This document shows positions 36,373 through 41,731 of a stretch of DNA of 41,731 nt, in pieces; the stretch's first letter is position 1, and each line of letters starts with the position of its first letter. Source of the stretch: Welwitschia mirabilis (lineage: Eukaryota). The stretch covers positions 39,378,422-39,420,152 of the forward strand of contig JBOZIK010000001.1 of the NCBI GenBank assembly GCA_051453625.1, written 5' to 3'. The notes beneath the pieces were generated by a model. It did not search any database and had not been told where the DNA came from. It saw only the letters and a program-made list of their open reading frames with translations. Both the position numbers and the translations under genes were made by a program.

Positions 36373-36606
36373 TATAGACACATTATGAAAGAGATGTTTT
36401 TAGAATTTTTTTACTTTTTTATGTTATTTTAGGGCTTATTTATTATTAAAAATGCAACAAAATGTTGAGACCACTTTAAAAGTATGTATATATGTATTTA
36501 CTTAGCGATTTTGGGCGATCTCAGGTCATGATTCCGGCAATTCTGGTTATTTACATCTTCTTGGGAAAAAAAGAAATAAGCTATGATTCCTCATTTTAAA
36601 AGATTG

Positions 36607-38635
36607 GTTACAATGATATGCTTCTTTTTAGGTGTTAGAATGAGATCCCAAACTTTGTTGCACTCAAATTTATTCAGCTCCTTTTGCATGGCCAGCATCC
36701 ATGCTTCATCATATTTCGCTTCCTAAAATGACTTTGTTCTATGTTAGATAAGAAACAAAGGAAACTTCATGCAGTATGCTTATCACTCCTTGTGGTTCTT
36801 ACCTTGGCAGGGTCACTTATGGCATGTTTTGGAGGATGACCCCTCTTGGTTCTTTGTGGAAGGGAGAAACATTTGTGACTCCATGTTGAGCTAGTTTCAT
36901 GAGGCTCTTCCATTTGAGAAGATTGGTTTTGATCTCCTGATTTAGATGTTGCCTATTCCTTAGATATGACCAACTCTTCTTCTTCAGTATCTGTGTTTGA
37001 TACTTCATAAACATCATTAGAATCATCAACCTTGATAGGGGCTAATCCTCAACTCTTCAAGAATTCTTATTATACACTCTACATGCTTTGCAATATTGCA
37101 ATATTGAAGAAAGAGATCCCATTATCCACTTTAGAATCAAATTTACATTTGAGCCCTTATCTTTTAGGGTAGAGCACTTGCTTCCAAAAACCTTAAAATA
37201 CTTTATGTTTGGCTTTTTACCTGTCCAAAGCTCATAGGATGTCTTCTTGGTACTTGGACAAAGCAAAACTCAATTACTGATGTAACAAGCTATGGTGACT
37301 GTTTTAGCCTAGAAATGGTGTGGAAGAGCTTTTTGGTTAATCATTGTGCTAGCCATTTCCATCAGTACTCTATTTTTGCATTTGGCCACTTCGTTCTGTT
37401 TTGGTGTCCTAGGGGTTGAGAATTGATGAAAGGTGCCATTAGAATCATAGAAATTTTCAAATTTTTCAATGTGAAACTCACCTCCATGATGTAATCATAC
37501 ACTTTTGATTATGTACCCTTCTCATTCTGAATTCTCTTGCAAACCTCAGCAAACATGCCAATGTCTTATCCTTGTTAGAAAGGAATGAGACCCAACAAAA
37601 TCTGGAATAATCATTTATCATAACTAGAAAATATTTTTTACCACCAATGCTCTTTGATTGAGTTAGCCTAGCCAAGTCCATATGAATCAAATCAAGAGGC
37701 CTATTAGAAGCAGTATCTTTCTTGTTTTTGAAACTTGACCTAGTTAATTTCCTTTTCAAATAGGAGTTACATACCTTACCATGCTGCACATTCAACTTTG
37801 GTACACCATGGGCAATTGCACTTGTGGAGATGGTTTTAAGATCTTTCATGTTCATGTAGCCTAGTCTCCTATGCCATAGACCTACTTCGTTAGTTTGTAC
37901 CATGTAGCACCCTTCACCATCTCTTCAATAGCTTTCAAGCACGTACATGCATTTTGACCTTTTGCTTGTAAGAATAACATCATTAGTAACAACAGTTTGA
38001 ATCACACACTTATCTTTAAAAAATGATACTATGTTACCTTTATTGCAAATTTGAGAGATACTTAAAAGATTATGCTTAAGTCTATTGACTAAGCAAACAT
38101 TGTGTATTATTGATGCTCATTAGCCATTGTGGGACTCGAGCAATGCGACCTTTGTTGTTGTCCCCAAAGGCCACTTCTCCACCATCATATTCTTGGAAGG
38201 AAACAAACAAACTTTGTCACCTGTCATGTGTTTTGAGCACCTGCTACCTAGGTACCCGAAAGTGCTTTTTTAAACCTTGAATGTTGTGTGTGCAAATGCC
38301 GGCTTCAAGGAATCCTTCCTGATCCATTGCCAATTGCTCCTCCTTCTTTGAGTTAACTTTGGAACACCTAAAGCTTTCCTATTGAACCTGAAACTGTTAT
38401 TATAACCAAAATAAAGGGATTNNNNNNNNNNGGACACGAAAATTATATGTGTCTATATTCTTTACAATAAAAATACTTGAGACTTACTTTACCAAATATA
38501 TGATAGTTTGTGCCTAGACTGAAAAAGTTAAGGGTAGAACACATACCAGTAAATCTTCCAATATCAGATTTGTCGAAAGCTCTGTTATCTATTTCCAACA
38601 ACTTGTCGTGCCTTACATGCCATTAGTGAACTTGA
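36607..38635 (-). pseudogene. pol: Inverted segment of element E: gag end, protease, integrase, RT start
   Basis: KFTNG...DKSDIG, YLGSRCSKHMTGDK, LKHNLLSISQ, LWHRRLG, LDLIHMDL, DYSRF.WV, STPRTPKQN and YELWTGKKPNIKYFKVFGSKC motifs. Confidence 0.9.
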
Positions 38636-38837
38636 CAAGGTAAGAACCACAAGGAGTGGTAAGCATATTGCATAAAGTTTCGTTTGTTTCTTATCTAACA
38701 TAGAACCAAAGTCCTTTTAGGAAGTGAAATATGATGAAGCATGGATGCTAGCCATGCAAAGGGAGCTGAATCAATTTGAGTGCAACAAAGTTTGGGATCT
38801 CGTTCTAAATGCCTAAAAGGAAGCATATCATTGTAAC
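38636..38837 (+). pseudogene. pol: Element E linker and RT start
   Basis: CFLSNIEPKSF*EVKYDEAWMLAMQRELNQFECNKVWDLV. Confidence 0.88.
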
Positions 38838-40388
38838 CACTCTTTTAAAATGCGGAATCATAGCTAATTTGTTTTTTTCCTAAGAAGATGTAAATAGCTA
38901 GAATTGCTGGAATCATGACCTGGGATTGCCCAAAATCACAGAGTAAATACATATATACATACTTTTAAAGTGGTCTCAACAGTTTGTTGCATTTTTAATA
39001 AGAAATAAGCCCTAAAATAACATAAAAAAGTAAAAAATTTCCAAAAACATCTCTTTCATAATGTGTGTATATTTTATAGTCCACAATACATAGTAATGAG
39101 ATCATAATTAAGATAGAATAAAGTCATAGTGAGGATTACATTATATAGAGAGTACCAAGCATAGGCTACAAATCACAATGCTATTAGAGCCTAATGATGG
39201 AGGGAATAATCAAGAATCTATTGAAAACAAAAACAAGAAACAAGTTAGAAGCAAACAAGAATGTTTTCATTTCATTTAATGATTCGTTACAAATCCCAAA
39301 ATACAAAAAATTGAAATGAGCTGGTACAAGAAATCAGTGGTAAGATTTTACAAATTGGAATGGGAGAAAGATGGATGGATGAAACTTTGAGAATTATAAA
39401 AATTGTAGACAAGAATCAGAATGCTTAACTACTAGATAAGAATTAATGCTTGACTACTAGATACATTATTTATTGACTCATAGTTGAACTTCCTAGTTCC
39501 TATCATCTAATATTCTAAGGAATTTCCATATTTATAATTTTGTACAGAAAACAAATTGTGTAATGGGGGCTTATGCTACCATGGAAACATAGTAATAATG
39601 TAATATATTAATCAAACTAAGCAGGATTTTTGATGAGAATTTACATTTCCTTTAGGATTTTTCTTGAAGCATGATAGAATTACACATCATATTCAAAGCA
39701 TACCTATCAAGCTAACTAAAAGTCTAAGGCCACTTCTATTTTGCAAAAAGAAAGAAGAAAAAGAGCTTCTCTTGCAAATGAAAATAACTTGATAACAACA
39801 CATGTCTTATTTTCTAGGTTTTAGTTTTTAGAAGATAGAATTGTGAGGAGCATAAGGGAAAAATGGCCATTCCTAAAATCAATTTCTCAAAATATTATTT
39901 TAAAGACAACACAAATTGTTAATGACACTGTATTTGTAGCCAATTCATGATTTCATACCATGAACATCAACCAACAGTTTCTATGATGGATAAAGACAAG
40001 TTCAGATATATAAAAATTCAAAACCAATAAACCAAAACTTCTTCCAACCTTTTCCAAGTGAATAAAAATCTTTGATTCAGTGGAATCAGATCATTTTCCA
40101 AGTGTTGGGGACTTGCGACAGGGCTGAGGAACAAAAGAAATGAAGGATTATGTTTGTTTTTCCTTTTTTTCTACTTTTAAAACATTCTGTTGATTTGGCG
40201 ATTCCAAAATCCCATAACCATGGGAATTGCGATTCTGAAGTGGGTCGCAGCAGTCTCGATTCCGACGATTGGAATCATGATTCCCAGAAAAATATGAATC
40301 CAAGGTAAATCAGATCGCATTATCAGGAATCACGATTCTGGATTGCTGGAATCACAATTCCAATTCGATTTTCAATTGTATGACTATG
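38838..40388. mobile_element. Non-autonomous hAT-like DNA transposon inserted in RT of element E
   Basis: Degenerate 8-bp TSD ATTGTAAC/ATTAGAAT (inferred ancestral ATTGGAAC, RT codons I-G-T). CA...TG ends. GAATC/GATTC subterminal repeats at both ends. Confidence 0.65.
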
Positions 40389-41584
40389 ATTAGAATGAAG
40401 TGGGTCTTCAAGAACAAGATGGTTCGACACCAACACTTTGTTTAGAACAAAGCTCGCTTGGTGGCCCAAGAATATTGCCAACATCAAGGTATTAATTATA
40501 GAGAGACATGTGTCCTAGTTGCAAGGTTAGAAGCAATATGCATGTTGTTAGGTTTTGGATATTGTAACAAAATTAAGCTATTTCAAATGGATGTTAAAAG
40601 TGCCTTCTTGAACAAATACATCAGTGAAGAAGTTTATATAGCTCAAGCCCTTGTATTTGTAGATCCAAATCATCCTTGTTACATTTATAAGTTAAGCAAA
40701 GCCCTTTTTGGTTTGAAACAAGTCCCAAGGGCTTGGTTTGAGAGATTAAATTCATTTTTGATATCAAAAGGATCTTCAAAAGGTAATGCTTACCCTACTT
40801 TGTTTATTAAATTTGACAAATTTGATATTTTAATCATAGAAATATATGTGGATGACATTGTTTTTGGATCAACAAATGTATCGCTCGCTAATGATTTTTC
40901 CAAGATCATGCAGTCTGAATTTGAGACGAGTGTTGTGGGGAAGCTAAACTTTTTCCTTGGTCATTAAATCAAGCAAGATAAGCAAAGATGAGGTAGGTAA
41001 GAGAGTTGATTAAAAACTTTATATACGAATAATTGTTAGTCTACTATATATGACAAGAAGTAAGCCAGATATACAACAGAAGGTAGATATATCTACAAGG
41101 TAACGATTTGATCCCAAAGAGTCCCATTTAATATGGGTTAAATGAATCTTGAGATATTTGAAAAAGCACCAATGAAGCTTGTTTCTACACGGGGAATTGT
41201 TTGGTTTCATGGCTAAGTAGGTAGTAAAACACTACATAACTATCGACATCAGAGGCAGAATATATAGCTGCTAGAGCTTGTTGTACACAACTCATGTGGA
41301 TAAAGCCAATGGCAACTAACTTTGGAGTAAGTGTTGGCATCATGAAGATGTATTGTGACAATACAAGTGCCACTAATATCACAAAAAATCTAGTTCAGCA
41401 CTCAAGGACCAGGCACACAGAGATACAACATCATTTTATTAGAGATCAAGTATAAGGTAAAGTTGTTGAATTAGAATATATCTCTATTAAAGATGAAGTT
41501 GCCGATATAATGACAAAAGCTCTTAGTGAGAAGAGGTTTGAATACTTGAGGAAGAATCCAGGAATTGGGGCATGTCCCCAATAG
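40389..41584 (+). pseudogene. pol: Element E RT and RNase H
   Basis: [48 protein letters not shown] and YCDNTSA motifs. Confidence 0.95.
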
Positions 41585-41731
41585 GTATGATTTCTATCCC
41601 TAGAAAATTAATCTTGTGTCAAGATTGGAATTAATCTTATGGAAGCTTACTAGCTGAGCAAGACATTGAGGACATCCTAATAGCTTTCTAGGATGTTCCA
41701 TTCTTCATTCTTGCCTACTGTCTACCCTGTG

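Overview
This 41.7 kb AT-rich window comes from a plant genome and is almost entirely nested, decayed transposons, with several N-gaps. I found no intact protein-coding gene, RNA gene or CRISPR array. Most of it is Ty1/copia SIRE (Sirevirus) sequence. Element A (+; pol at 1-3522, resuming at 10121-13393) is interrupted by element B (-; 3523-10120, TSD TAGGG) and carries a 290-bp TRIM in its 3' LTR. Element F (-; ~23170-34930) is interrupted by a CACTA-like block holding truncated element C and by a gag-only, TR-GAG-like element D (28982-33061). Element E (~36070-41731) carries a hAT-like insertion and an inversion with a ~450-bp inverted duplication. There are also chromovirus integrase and possible LINE remnants. 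The most interesting signal is a possible cis/trans pair. The elements carry a ~355-aa post-pol 'env-like' ORF that looks nuclear: an H3-tail-like MVRTK...RK N-terminus, a PKKKQR NLS-like motif, a C-terminal coiled coil and no signal peptide. They also carry arrays of palindromic GACGTC cores in pairs 21-22 bp apart, both in the LTR U3 and just upstream of that ORF. Any functional link between the two is inference. All identities and coordinates were read by eye.
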